DNA of 64,000 nucleotides from the IMG/VR virus record IMGVR_UViG_3300024261_000009, positions 1-64,000 of that record, one strand, 5' to 3'. The notes under the pieces are model-generated. The model made no database searches. It saw nothing but the letters and a program-made list of their open reading frames with translations, and had not been told where the DNA came from. The stretch's first letter is position 1; every line of letters starts with the position of its first letter. The position numbers and the translations under genes are program-made. Below are positions 8,743 to 20,100 of the stretch, piece after piece. The stretch is from a virus.

Positions 8743-9742
8743 GTTAGTAACTAAGGTCGGGGGAGTGTATAGCCCCAAACCCGCCACACTACCCAGGTAC
8801 TCTTCTCACCATGGGAGGGACATACTCGATAACCTTACCGTGGCAAGGATATACCTAACGGGTCTTTCTGAGGGGGGTATCTCGGGCAGTGACTTAGGTT
8901 TATCTACTGCGGGCTATAAAACTTTGACAGGCCTATTTTCTTTAAACGGGCAAGCTTCCAGGGCTTACGTGGGGTTTTTCTTAGAGTCTGTTACTGAAAG
9001 AAGCGAGGAAAAGGCACAGGTAACATCTCTTAACGGAGACCGCTTTGCTGCCTACTACCTAGGAGCCCAGCCCACCCAGTACGCGTTTAGGGGCAAGCTT
9101 CTAAATACTATGCATGACGACTGGAGCACTATTTTTTCTGAGCTTTATAGCAGCGTTTTCAGAGGGTCTGTCGTTGCCGCTCAGAGAAGGATGGTTCAAG
9201 TAGCTTACGGGGACAAGATAGTTACTGGGGCCATGTCGGGGTTTGAGCAGGTCATTGACTCCGGTAACGAGAGTGTAAGGCAGTTTAGCTTTTCTCTTTT
9301 GGTGTACCATGTTCTTCATACTAGCGAGCCAAATCAGGATAGGTTCTCCACAACCTTTTTGGGTGACGCTGCCAACTTCGAGTTGGTTGACGTACAATCT
9401 AGCACGGAGGACCCTAACTCCGTGGTTACCGCTTACGTGACGCCCCCGCCAAGACCCAGGAAACCCCGGAAGAGTAAAAAGACGCTGGCCTCTTGTTCCC
9501 CAAAGCACATAACGAACTCTAGGGGGGTCAAAACTTCGACCGGTAAAACGGAAGCCCAGGCGGAGAATATAAAGAAGTGCACTGCCGGGATAAAAACCTT
9601 GAAGGAGGCTCAGAGGTTGTACGCTGACAAAACCACGGCGCAGCCGCTTAAGCGCGCCCTCCTAGAATTAAACGGTACCCGCGGCTGGGCAGGTTCTGTA
9701 GCGTCTGTCAAAGCAGCCAAGGACAAGGAATCTACAAAGTAA
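8732..9742 (+). CDS. Putative tail tube initiator/baseplate-associated protein with basic C-terminal tail
   Basis: Position after TMP; beta-rich core (FFLESVTERSEEK...YAFRGKLLNT); Pro/Lys-rich C-terminus. Confidence 0.4.
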   Translation: MPSKLVTKVGGVYSPKPATLPRYSSHHGRDILDNLTVARIYLTGLSEGGISGSDLGLSTAGYKTLTGLFSLNGQASRAYVGFFLESVTERSEEKAQVTSLNGDRFAAYYLGAQPTQYAFRGKLLNTMHDDWSTIFSELYSSVFRGSVVAAQRRMVQVAYGDKIVTGAMSGFEQVIDSGNESVRQFSFSLLVYHVLHTSEPNQDRFSTTFLGDAANFELVDVQSSTEDPNSVVTAYVTPPPRPRKPRKSKKTLASCSPKHITNSRGVKTSTGKTEAQAENIKKCTAGIKTLKEAQRLYADKTTAQPLKRALLELNGTRGWAGSVASVKAAKDKESTK

Positions 9743-9767
9743 GTAGTACCAGGAAGTAGGACCCAAA

Positions 9768-10673
9768 ATGCCCCAGGATTTCATACCGCCACTAATTTAC
9801 TCCGAGTCCCCCCTAGACGGGGACACTCGCGTCGGCAGAGCTTCCGGAATCCATCTCAAGTGTACGGACACGGGAACGTCGGACGCGGAGTTGGATCCCT
9901 CTACTCTGAGGGTCTCTGTCCATTACCGTCCTGAAGACGAAGCCCTCGTTAACCAGCCTTGGCCCCAGGTTGTGGTGTACGAGAACCAGGCTTTCCTTAA
10001 TACTGTCTGGAGCAACTCCTCCACGATAGACTTTAGGCCCTCACTGCCAGACATACCTACAGATATTGATCTTTTTCTTAGAAGAGATACTCTTGCCCCC
10101 TTTGGGCAAAGAATACGTGTAAGAGTTACCGTAGCTGACAAAGCTAATAACTCATCAACTCGGGAAATGAGTTACGGGTTCGTGGAGAACAAGATTTACT
10201 CTGGAGATGACCCCCATCCGCTAGAAGAGACCTTACTGGACACCTTTGGTGTACCCGAGATTGATGACTACATACTACTATTGTACACTTCTCTTATAGA
10301 CCCCACGGGGTTAGACGCCAATAAGATACCCTACTTAGCCACTAGAAGAGCGCTAGGTATACTCAGTGTGTTAAACATGAAGGCGGCTTTGCTAGGTCTT
10401 TTTGATGTAGACGAGTCTCTTATGAACCACAAGGTGGAAAATGCATTGTCCCTAAACGAGGTACTGGTCTCCCCGGAGATACTGAGATCCTCGTATGAGA
10501 ACTTAAGGTCCTTCCTGCTAAGGCGTTCTGATTTATGCCCCAATGGCTACCTTGAGTTTGCTAATAACAGTATATTAAGTACGAAACCACAAACGGTCCT
10601 CGGAGCTTACATAACCCTATGGTTAGTGTTGTGCGCCTACAGGATCTCAAGGGAGACAGTAAGTGCTGGGTGA
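9768..10673 (+). CDS. Hypothetical structural protein
   Basis: 301-aa ORF co-oriented within the tail operon. Confidence 0.6.
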   Translation: MPQDFIPPLIYSESPLDGDTRVGRASGIHLKCTDTGTSDAELDPSTLRVSVHYRPEDEALVNQPWPQVVVYENQAFLNTVWSNSSTIDFRPSLPDIPTDIDLFLRRDTLAPFGQRIRVRVTVADKANNSSTREMSYGFVENKIYSGDDPHPLEETLLDTFGVPEIDDYILLLYTSLIDPTGLDANKIPYLATRRALGILSVLNMKAALLGLFDVDESLMNHKVENALSLNEVLVSPEILRSSYENLRSFLLRRSDLCPNGYLEFANNSILSTKPQTVLGAYITLWLVLCAYRISRETVSAG

Positions 10674-13600
10674 TATTTTTCCAGCGCGGTTCCTCGTTTA
10701 TTTAAACGGAGTCCGTGTCCCCGCTTCCGCTGTCCAAGTGTCTTACCGGGCGGGAGACATAATGCAAGGTTCCGTCAGCCTGCCTCCCCATAAGCATCTG
10801 GCTAGGATGGGCGCTGAGGATAGACTCCAAGTGGCTGTGTTCTACCTGGACGTAAACCAGGGAGAGGGAACTCCTCAGGACCACCAGTGGAGCCTCTTGT
10901 GTGAGGGCGAGGTAACCGGGTGGCACTATTCCTCTAACCACTCCAGTGGGAGGCAGCTCCAACTAGTTTTTAGAAGCCACTTAGCCATACTCCATGAGCT
11001 GTACTTATACATGCTCTCGGGCGACACTGCAGCCAGGGGCAAGAGAGCTAAGTCTGATAGAAATTACCCAAACCAACTTAAGTTAAGGGGTAAGTACCCG
11101 GACCAGCTCTTTACTCAAGGCCTTAGTGGTAAAGGTAGTATTACTAGGCCCTTTGATATCATTGAGAACATTCTATACGCAGTCCTTGGTCAGCACCGAG
11201 AGAAGGGGCAGTCCTCAAAGGCAAAGAGTTCTGGAGGCCCCTCTGCTGCTAGTATAGATAAAAAGTTAAAGGAATTGAAAAAAGAGCAGGAGCTTAATGA
11301 TGGGCTCCTGATAAATTATCAGACTTCCGGAGACCCGGTTGATCCAATACTCTTCCAGACTACATTAGATGCTAACGAGTCAATAGCTGCCGAGATGGCA
11401 AAGTTGCGCTCTCAGAGAGCGGCTAGGATTAATCAAGCTACCCACGGAGGGGAGTTCGACAGACTCAAGAAAAACAGAGTTCTGAGAAGAGAGCGCCAGA
11501 TAAAAGCTAGAGCGAATTATCTCTTTGCATTGGATACCAACCCTTACGGTAATCTTGCTGATAAGGAAAAGGAGGTAAGGGCGGAAATAGAAGATAAGGA
11601 CAAGAAGTCTGCGTCTGAACTTCTTTCCTTTTATAAGTCTAAGAATCTAATTGGGAACTTCGCCCCTTCGGGCAAGTCCCTTGAGCAGCTTGAGGAGAGA
11701 CTCCTTACGCTTCAGGCTAAGAAAAACGTGTCACGCCGCGGTTTTCTGAGCAAGTCTGTAGCACAGACTGGGTTTTTCTCTAGGTACATGAGACTGACGA
11801 GATTCCTGGAGAAATGGATGGCCTCGCCCTACCTTGAGGGAAGACCCCGGGCTAAAGACCCTCTATCGGGCAAAATGGGAGGCGGGGTTTTCCCCATACT
11901 AAACGCCAGCAAGTCTAGAAAAGTTTTTAGAGCTCTGGCGAAACATTCCGGAATAAAGTACGGGCCTCAGGCAACTACCTTCAATCTAATCGCGGGGATA
12001 TTTGGGTCTTTATTCTACGAGGTGTCGGAGGTTTCTTCCCCGCCAGCTTTGGCGCTAGATAAGTATGGTCTCCCGAAGAGTTCCTTCTACAAAAGAGCTT
12101 CAAAGAACCCCGATACAGGTGCCTCTTCCCAGTTCGACCAGACTGAAAACGGCTACGTAAAGTGGGCGTTTGACCTGGCTAAAGCCAAGGAAAGACTGAG
12201 TTTGGGGACGTACCTTACTAAGCCTATCTCACCCTTTTCCCTACCTCCGAGCTGCAATGTCGTGTTCCCCTCTATGTGGACAGCATACTCTATTGGGGAA
12301 AACTATACGGGCCACCCTACTCGAGTGTATTATAATAGGAAGGGTGAGCTAAAAAAGCTTAGTTTAGGATCTAGTCTGCCCGGCTACTCTTACGATTCCG
12401 CTAGGGTAGGTTTCCCTGCAGTAGTAGAGCGGCACGTCCAAGACGCTAGTTCAGGAGTCAACGATCTAGAGCTCCTCGTGTTCCCGGAGGAGTACTACCG
12501 AGGACCGATGCCCGCGCTAAAAGACGCTCCTCTAATGCTCTCCAGTATTCAAAGTGTGGCTAACTCTGCTCGTTTTGGTAGGGGAGAGTTTAAAAGGGAA
12601 GACACGCCTGCTATTCAGGGAGGAACTAGGACTTCCAACAACCCCGTATACGCAGAAACAATGGCCTTCTCCTTAAAAGCTATCGAGAGAGCCAATAAAA
12701 GGGGACACTCCATGCAGGCCCTTTACTTCCTGCTGGCTGCGCAGGAGTACTATAACTCCAAGTATGTTGGGAGAAACGGTAGGGTGGAGATGCTCTTTAA
12801 CCCTTACATACTCTGCAACCACCCCCTAGCGGTCTTTGATAGTTCTGACAAGGGTGTTCATATGTTGGGACGCGTTGCCGAAGTGCAACACTCCCTTTCT
12901 GCAGACGGGTTCGGGACCTCAGTTAGTTTCACACACGGAAGAACTTTTGAGGAGATGTTCACGCAGATGTACGCTGATGGGCCGGGTCTAGACATGTCCC
13001 CTATGAGTCCTATTTCTGAGGAAAGAGATCTCCTCCAGTACATTCCCCAAGCCAATGCTTACTATACTCAGCTATTCTACCAAGATTCCTTGAATGACAA
13101 TGATTCGGATTCCGACATTCTTGACTATAGTGCCAACAACCACGACGAAACTAGGGCAGGCGTCGGGGTTTTTGATTACCGACAGTGGTTGGGCTGGGAC
13201 ACCGAAGCGGGTCCTGATAACGATAGGATCGTTAACCGACCCGATGCAGGAACAGAAATTGACTTACCTTCCGCTACGTATAACCCCCCACACATGGGAC
13301 TTATGCTTCACACTTCAGTAGCCCCACTAAGCAGGTCCACCCTTTTGTTTAGTAGCGCTGAGTACGCATTTCGGTTTGTAGCACGTCCTGTTTGCTCATT
13401 AGAGCAGTACATAGATCTATACGGCGTAGCTGGCCGGGGCGACTCCAATGCTGACCCGATAGGGCGAGGGCGAGGTATTCGAGTCAGAGTCCGTAAAGAG
13501 GACGGGCTGGAGCCTCTCTACTACGACATTATCAGACAGTTTGTTGGGGGGCCCGGTGTTGAGCCGGGGAGTAAGATTTCAGATGCTATAGCGGACCCAA

Positions 13601-13806
13601 GCAACCCAGATAAGGAACCGCTAGTCTTGACTGTCGTTTCAGAAGATTCCTTGGACTTGTTATTTTCAGAGGTTGCTGTAGGTCAAAAGGCACTTTTTCA
13701 GGACCTTCCGGACTCTAGGAGGGACTGGCAGCGTTTGCTTTTAGCGTACCTAAGAATAGTAGACGGTGACGGAGAACCAGGCACCCTGGCCCCTCCCTTG
13801 GAGTAG
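10663..13806 (+). CDS. Putative baseplate hub protein with coiled-coil insertion
   Basis: 1047 aa; N-terminal FLVYLNGVRVP...EGEVTGW and C-terminal GRVAEVQHSL...TSVSFTHGR beta-barrel-like hub signatures; position before wedge genes. Confidence 0.5.
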   Translation: MLGDIFPARFLVYLNGVRVPASAVQVSYRAGDIMQGSVSLPPHKHLARMGAEDRLQVAVFYLDVNQGEGTPQDHQWSLLCEGEVTGWHYSSNHSSGRQLQLVFRSHLAILHELYLYMLSGDTAARGKRAKSDRNYPNQLKLRGKYPDQLFTQGLSGKGSITRPFDIIENILYAVLGQHREKGQSSKAKSSGGPSAASIDKKLKELKKEQELNDGLLINYQTSGDPVDPILFQTTLDANESIAAEMAKLRSQRAARINQATHGGEFDRLKKNRVLRRERQIKARANYLFALDTNPYGNLADKEKEVRAEIEDKDKKSASELLSFYKSKNLIGNFAPSGKSLEQLEERLLTLQAKKNVSRRGFLSKSVAQTGFFSRYMRLTRFLEKWMASPYLEGRPRAKDPLSGKMGGGVFPILNASKSRKVFRALAKHSGIKYGPQATTFNLIAGIFGSLFYEVSEVSSPPALALDKYGLPKSSFYKRASKNPDTGASSQFDQTENGYVKWAFDLAKAKERLSLGTYLTKPISPFSLPPSCNVVFPSMWTAYSIGENYTGHPTRVYYNRKGELKKLSLGSSLPGYSYDSARVGFPAVVERHVQDASSGVNDLELLVFPEEYYRGPMPALKDAPLMLSSIQSVANSARFGRGEFKREDTPAIQGGTRTSNNPVYAETMAFSLKAIERANKRGHSMQALYFLLAAQEYYNSKYVGRNGRVEMLFNPYILCNHPLAVFDSSDKGVHMLGRVAEVQHSLSADGFGTSVSFTHGRTFEEMFTQMYADGPGLDMSPMSPISEERDLLQYIPQANAYYTQLFYQDSLNDNDSDSDILDYSANNHDETRAGVGVFDYRQWLGWDTEAGPDNDRIVNRPDAGTEIDLPSATYNPPHMGLMLHTSVAPLSRSTLLFSSAEYAFRFVARPVCSLEQYIDLYGVAGRGDSNADPIGRGRGIRVRVRKEDGLEPLYYDIIRQFVGGPGVEPGSKISDAIADPSNPDKEPLVLTVVSEDSLDLLFSEVAVGQKALFQDLPDSRRDWQRLLLAYLRIVDGDGEPGTLAPPLE

Positions 13807-13809
13807 GAA

Positions 13810-14514
13810 ATGAATGACATAAAGAAAAAAGATGCCCTCATGTGGAGTACATGGAGAAGTGATCCCTCAAGGGAAAACTTATCAGCCCTTCTAGGCCAGG
13901 TTAACCCTATACTCCAGAAAGAGGTTAACAGGTGGTCCGGTGGGTCGGTATCTTCCCCGGTTCTAAACGTAAACGCTAAGAAGCTCGCTATCCAGGCCTT
14001 CGAGACGTTTGACCCAAACAAGTCCGCCCTAAATACGCACGTAACAAACAATCTCAAGGGGCTCTCCAGAGACCCCTACACCTATGTAAATCCAGCTCGA
14101 ATGCCAGAGCATAGGCAGATAAAGTTTAAAACTTTTACTGACTCTGAGGAGCGCCTCCTAGACACCCTAGGCCGACAGCCCACTGCTCAGGAGATGTCTC
14201 GAGATCTGCGGTGGAGTCTTGCGGAAGTTTCCCGATTCCGGTCTGAATTGCGGAGTGAGTTTTCTACTAGCCAACCAACACCGGCAGCTTTCGACTCGGT
14301 TGACAGGACCGGAGGCGTACTAGCCTACGTTTACCATGATTTGCCCGATGTGGACAAATTGGTGCTAGAACACTCAACAGGTTACGGAGGGGCTACCATA
14401 CTCCCCGCCAAGGACCTAACCAGTTTAACGGGACTCTCCCAGGGCCAGATATCCCACAGCAAGAGAAGAATAAGAAAAGCAATAGAGTCTGTGTCCGGCT
14501 TGGGGGGGTCTTAG
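13810..14514 (+). CDS. Divergent sigma-70-like factor (regions 2-4) inside the baseplate module
   Basis: AFETFDPNKSALNTHV (region 2), LGRQPTAQEMSRDL (region 3), LTGLSQGQISHSKRRI (region 4 HTH). Confidence 0.7.
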   Translation: MNDIKKKDALMWSTWRSDPSRENLSALLGQVNPILQKEVNRWSGGSVSSPVLNVNAKKLAIQAFETFDPNKSALNTHVTNNLKGLSRDPYTYVNPARMPEHRQIKFKTFTDSEERLLDTLGRQPTAQEMSRDLRWSLAEVSRFRSELRSEFSTSQPTPAAFDSVDRTGGVLAYVYHDLPDVDKLVLEHSTGYGGATILPAKDLTSLTGLSQGQISHSKRRIRKAIESVSGLGGS

Positions 14515-14985
14515 GTGGCGTCTGCAGTACAGTCGGACGGGTTGCTGGCGTTTAATAATGCGGTGGATGTAATAAACGCTCATTATGCCAAAGTAATGTT
14601 ACATTACAACTCGGATAGACACTACTCTTTGTATAAAGAAGACCTTAAAGCTTTATTTAGGGCTATAGACTTGCTTGAGGGGATGGTACGGACAGCCGTG
14701 TCCTCAGAAAGTATTGAGGAGGCTATACATATGAAGAAAATGTACGCTTCCATAGCCTCTGTTAGGAGAGCTCTCGTGCTCAGGAACGTTACGCGTGAAG
14801 AAGAGTGGGCACACGCAGAAGAGAGTGCGGAGAAGGAAGATGTACGTAGACGCCTTGTGTGGGCTCACGCTTCAGATTCTTATAAAGCCTCTCTTGGAAA
14901 CCTTTCCGAGGAGAATGCTCCTGAAGACGGGAGGGACTCGATGCCCACGGTTAATTTCGATACCGGGGCGGTAGAGGGGGACTAG
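14515..14985 (+). CDS. Hypothetical protein
   Basis: 156-aa ORF; GTG start abuts the upstream TAG. Confidence 0.6.
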   Translation: MASAVQSDGLLAFNNAVDVINAHYAKVMLHYNSDRHYSLYKEDLKALFRAIDLLEGMVRTAVSSESIEEAIHMKKMYASIASVRRALVLRNVTREEEWAHAEESAEKEDVRRRLVWAHASDSYKASLGNLSEENAPEDGRDSMPTVNFDTGAVEGD

Positions 14986-14986
14986 C

Positions 14987-15415
14987 GTGGTTAAGGTCGA
15001 TATTCTTGTATACACAGACGGCTCAGGGAAGGACCCTTCCTTTATACTGGGTGAGGGTGATAATCCTTTGTTGCTGTCCTCTTCAGGGATTCAGGTGTTA
15101 GCGGGCAGAGTTATGCGGGAATTACTGACTCGTAAGGGCTCTAGTTTAACCAAGCCTAACCAGGGTTCGATTCTCGCAACGCTATCAGGACAACTTTTTG
15201 ATAAGAATTCTATTAGGTCGGACGTGGCTAGGTCTATTATATCTGTGTCTGAATCTATAAAGCGAAGTCAGGTGGGAAAGGCCATACCAGATTCTGAGCT
15301 CCTAGCTAGGTTGGAGGTCGTATCTATCGAAACGCCCACTCCGGATAGCTTAGTTGTTAGGATTCTTATTGTGAGTTTATCTGGAGAACAGGTACTAAGT
15401 ACCGTAGGAGTTTAG
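14987..15415 (+). CDS. Baseplate wedge protein, gp25/GPW-like
   Basis: 142 aa; GIQVLAGRVMRELLTRKGS...GS pattern; directly upstream of the J-like gene. Confidence 0.7.
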   Translation: MVKVDILVYTDGSGKDPSFILGEGDNPLLLSSSGIQVLAGRVMRELLTRKGSSLTKPNQGSILATLSGQLFDKNSIRSDVARSIISVSESIKRSQVGKAIPDSELLARLEVVSIETPTPDSLVVRILIVSLSGEQVLSTVGV

Positions 15416-15416
15416 T

Positions 15417-17165
15417 GTGGCTAATATTGATATAGACATAGAAGAAGTCAAAAAAGCAGAGCTCCTAATCCAGTCTTTTCTTATGGATAAGCTGCCCGAG
15501 GCAAACTTCCGGGAAGGGACTCATCTCCACGATATAGTTGTTCGAGCGTTCGCCGCTGTATACGCACTTATAAAGTCGGAAGTAACTGAGGTTAGGTCAC
15601 GGCAATCTCTTCTCAAACTAGAGTCTCTATCTGACATAGCTTCGGATGAGGTGGTTGACGAAATTGCGTCGAACTGGTTTTTAACCAGGAAGACCGGTTC
15701 AAACGCTATGGGCACACTAACGGTCCACGTATCCGCAACGATAACTCAGGGGGTTTCCGTCGTAGTCCCCGAGAGTGCGGAGTTCATTTACACCAACGGA
15801 ATCTCTTATTTTCTTAATTCTGAACAGGACATGGTTTTCTCTAGGCAGGATATGACCCCAGTGTATACTGGAGGCGAGGAACCCTCCAGCTACCATTTCT
15901 TAATACCTGTTATAGCAGAGCTCCCGGGAGTCGCCGGGGAGTCCGCTTCCGGGGTATTCGAGTCATTTTCCTCCTTTGGAGATGGGCTGATAACCTCTGT
16001 TGAAGCAACAAGTGCCTTGACAGTATCGAGTGCGGATGAAACTAACGCGGAGCTAATTGCGCGAGCAAAAACGGCTGTAACTTCTAGGGGAACGGTTAGT
16101 GCTCGCGCTATTGACACCGTTCTTAGGGACGAGGTTCCTGACGTTCAGGAGGTAGTCGTAGTTGGGTCCGGAGATACGGAGATGTACCGGGACTATATAA
16201 CGGATGTCTCATCGGGCTTTTCGATACATGTTTTAGGACATGTAAATGTGTACGCTCACCTGCCCTTGGCACCAATAGCTATATACCCTCAAGCAAGCTC
16301 TATAGTACTATCGGGACTAACCTCTTTGGTGGTAGACGCCTCAAAAGTGTCTGATTTTCCTTTTATGAGGCTGAGGTCTGTTAGGAGCACTCACACCGAT
16401 GACCTAGGGGTTGAGGTAGTCTCTACTCTCGAGAGGGTGTCTTTCTTTAGTTACACGGATGCCTCCACGAACCAGGTTGTCTACAAGAAAGTAACGGGAG
16501 ACCTGAGTTCAACCTACGAGGATTACACGTTGGTGGCTGACCAAACGGAACCTGTTTTGGTAGAGGGTGAGTATTCAGTATCTTACACCGAACCCCTAAC
16601 GGCCTTTACCGCCGAAGAAGGGTTCCGTATAAACGTTCCCTCCTTGGGTTTCGATAGAATGCTTAGAATTGAGTACCAGGGTTTGTCCGGCCTGTCCTCG
16701 GCGGATTCCGTTCTCCAGGATCGGCAGAGAAGAACCGTTTCAAGCAACGTTAGGTCCTATGGGTTTTACCCCCTCACAGTTTCTATGCACATTAAGTACT
16801 ATGCATCGCCGGACGCTCTTGGAGATTTCCCGGTGGCTCTTGCGGTCTCAAGTCTAGCTACTTTCGTAAACACTTTCCCTCGAGAGAGAGCCTTAAGGGT
16901 AGGGGATATTATCCAGCATTTTCTTACAACGTTTTCCTCGTATGTTAACGGAGTAGGTCTTCCTACGGAGGTTAGGTACCACTTAGAGGGACCCGACGGT
17001 AAAGTTTCCGCCTTCAAGACCAACGACGTAATCTCTGTTACGAACCCTGCCCTTCTCGTCTCTCCGAACACGTACCCCTCAACAACTAGGATACCTCAAC
17101 AGGTCAGTGACAGGACTGTACGCCCTATTACTTTCGAGAACCTAGTTACCTTCGAGGAGATTTAG
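15417..17165 (+). CDS. Baseplate J-like (gp6-like) wedge protein
   Basis: SNWFLTRKTGSNAMGTLTV, IAELPGVAG, ADETNAELIARAK and VVVGSGD motifs typical of baseplate J. Confidence 0.8.
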   Translation: MANIDIDIEEVKKAELLIQSFLMDKLPEANFREGTHLHDIVVRAFAAVYALIKSEVTEVRSRQSLLKLESLSDIASDEVVDEIASNWFLTRKTGSNAMGTLTVHVSATITQGVSVVVPESAEFIYTNGISYFLNSEQDMVFSRQDMTPVYTGGEEPSSYHFLIPVIAELPGVAGESASGVFESFSSFGDGLITSVEATSALTVSSADETNAELIARAKTAVTSRGTVSARAIDTVLRDEVPDVQEVVVVGSGDTEMYRDYITDVSSGFSIHVLGHVNVYAHLPLAPIAIYPQASSIVLSGLTSLVVDASKVSDFPFMRLRSVRSTHTDDLGVEVVSTLERVSFFSYTDASTNQVVYKKVTGDLSSTYEDYTLVADQTEPVLVEGEYSVSYTEPLTAFTAEEGFRINVPSLGFDRMLRIEYQGLSGLSSADSVLQDRQRRTVSSNVRSYGFYPLTVSMHIKYYASPDALGDFPVALAVSSLATFVNTFPRERALRVGDIIQHFLTTFSSYVNGVGLPTEVRYHLEGPDGKVSAFKTNDVISVTNPALLVSPNTYPSTTRIPQQVSDRTVRPITFENLVTFEEI

Positions 17166-20100
17166 ATGTCTTTACGCAAGGTTCTTCTCTCGGGTATCTC
17201 CGATTTCTGGACTAGATACTTCGCGGACACAGATATCATTGAAGCCCTTCACGAGGGCACGCTCGAGATGGTCGCCGGAGCGTACAAGGAGTTGGTAGGG
17301 ACTGTATTGACACAGTCTTTCGACACAGTTCCTCTTACGGAGACAGTCCCTTGGGAACCCCTTTTTATATTTGAATCTGACGTGTATGAGTGCGTGAGCA
17401 GTGTCCCGGGCGAAACCCGGTACCTGGTCCAACTACCTTTCGATATTCGAGACTTATCACTTATACACAATAAGGTTCTAGACCCTACGGCCGCTTTAGA
17501 GGTGGGCTTTGATTTTGATATAATTAGGGATGACCCTCGTAGGTTTGAGGAGCTGCGCCTCTCGAGCCCCTTTGTCCCTGAAGAAGGATATTTTCTCGCC
17601 CTTAAGGATGACCCTTTTAGGGACTACTCTGAAAATGAGAGTAATCTTTACCGAAGATTCGCTACGAGAACCTTCATGGGAGAGTATAATGTCCGATTAA
17701 CAGACACTACCGTTGACTTTTCGGTCAATGGTTTAGGGGTAGCTGTTGGCGACGTCGTCTTGGCGGAAAGTTTCGATGGAGTAAGAACTCTCCATAAAGT
17801 GGAGTCGATCTCCACAAATTATCTAGAGGTTAGTTCTAGGACGCCGTTCATCCGTGTAGGGGACTTGGCTTCCTACTCTGTCGGAAGCTTCTCAGATAGG
17901 CCGAGTTATGACAATAAGTTATCGGCTACTGTGGCGGGCCAGCCTAGGACTACCGGGACTGTTACTAGTCGTTCTAAGGAATCCAGGGTCTTATCTGCCT
18001 GGGCACCAGACCCTCAGAAGGATTTCTACTCTCTGTACTACATGTACGGGCATTCGGTAAGCCTATCCGAGACTCCCTCAACAGAGGAATACCGGTCTTT
18101 TGTTAAGGGCATATGGAATCTTTACCTACGAGGACCCTCCCTAGAAAATATTGAGGGAGCACTCTCCGTGGTATCTGGGATCCCTGTGGTCCGGGATGAG
18201 GAAGAAACTATTGTAGAAGTAGATCTAAGGGACCCCCTGATTCCCAAGGTGACAACAGATCTAAACTACTACGAGTTTTCTAAGTATACCAAGGTTCGAT
18301 CCGACGTGATTCTTGCCGCCCCCAAGTTTAATGGAGAAACTCGAGCAGGACTAGTCCGGATTATTACTTCGGGGGAAGTAGTCAACGCAGGAGGTTTCAT
18401 TGACTTTCTGGGGGTCGAACCCGGTAACGTGCTAGTACCCCAAGACCCTCAGGAATCAGTCTCCTCAGTAATCTGGGCCACAGACACCTACCTCCTTGTA
18501 GCTGCTTCAGACGCTAGACCCGCAGGGTATCTAGTGAAGAATGGCGGGCCCGCCAGGAGTTACTCTGTTCAGGAGGCTGACAGTACCCCCATACCCGGCG
18601 CATTCTTTGGGAGCGGGGTTTGGCTACCCAATACGGCGGTCCCGCTAACGCTACCCGCGTACTCAACCCTGTCTGACGCTTTTGTTGTAACAGACCACGT
18701 TGAAACTCCCGACTGGTGGCACACCACAACTATCCCACACAACCTTACAACACTCCCTTTTCTGAGAAGAGCCGTTACTTCAGAAGTGTTCGAGAACTTT
18801 ATTGGATCCGATTCGGGACTTGTATCCGTGGGAGATATCGGAAAGATAGTCGGTAAAGACGAAGAGCTTTCTCAGTGCCTCTCCCTCTCGCCAGCAGGGC
18901 AAGGTGACCCCGCGGGCATGTTCCTTGCTTGTGCTGTTGGAGATCTTGTTCGTCTGTGGGTAGGTGGGGAACTAGTAGCCTCCACCGAGGTTGTTATGGA
19001 GTCGGGAACCCAGCTAGTCATCCAGAACTTCTCGGTGCTTAGTGACTCCTTTTCTTCAGACTTTGTTCAAGGGGACCCCAGCAGTAAGCGCGTTCTCTTA
19101 GCCTCCGAGGAGGACCCAATAAAGACTCGTGAGGTAGACGTAATCCGTCAGGACAAAGTGTCAAATTCCTCTCTAGAGATAGTGGCTAAGTTTAGCATCT
19201 ACGGTAACAACAACAGTGCTCAGTCTGTGGTAGGCGACAACCTATACTCCGCGTACTTAAGGTACCACCCGGGAGTCCATCACGGCATCGCTTGGCAGGT
19301 AATGGATAGGTATCTAAAGCACAACACGTTTACTGTGTCTTGGGATGCTAATACTCAGCAGTTTGAGAGGGACCGAGCCTTTTACCTAGATTTAATACTT
19401 TCTTCAAGGCCCGCGGGAGCCTACCCGTATGTTGAGCCGGGCTCTACTTTGGTTGATAGAATGCGCTCTCCCCAGGACGATCCTCCCGCAGGGGCAGATC
19501 CCCTATACGGCCCCCGTAACTTGTATAGACGTATCGTTATTCTTGACCACCCGCACCAGCGGGCAGACTTTGATGTAAATAAGATGTCTGTTGACGAGGG
19601 GTTCCCCCTTCAGATTACGGGTATGGAGAATCAGTACCTAATCGGAGAGCGTAAGCGAGAGTACCTACTTGTTACAGACAAGATAACACCCGTAGGCGGG
19701 GTCGGGGAGGCTAACTTACTAGGGCTAGATTTTTCTTTTAACGGAATACCCGCGGAAGAAGACTCCATTCAGGTTGAGTTTCAAGCCACACAGCACTTGT
19801 TTTCTGGTTTGGACAGCAACGGTGTTCAGGCCTCCACAGGGCAAGACTACGTGGTTGGGGTGGATTGGGTCAGCAGTTACCGTGAGGTTGACACCTCTGG
19901 AAACCCCATAGACTCCTACTCAGCACTTATAAAGTTGGATAATGAGCCCGGATCCTCTGAGGAAATGTCCTTAGTAGCTCAAGGCTGGAATAACCAGACC
20001 TTTAAGTTCCGGGTATTAGCTTCAAACGGAGTAGACTCTTTCTACCCAGTCTTCCCTAACGGAGCGGACCCTGTCCGGACGAATACGCGCGTAATCGGAG

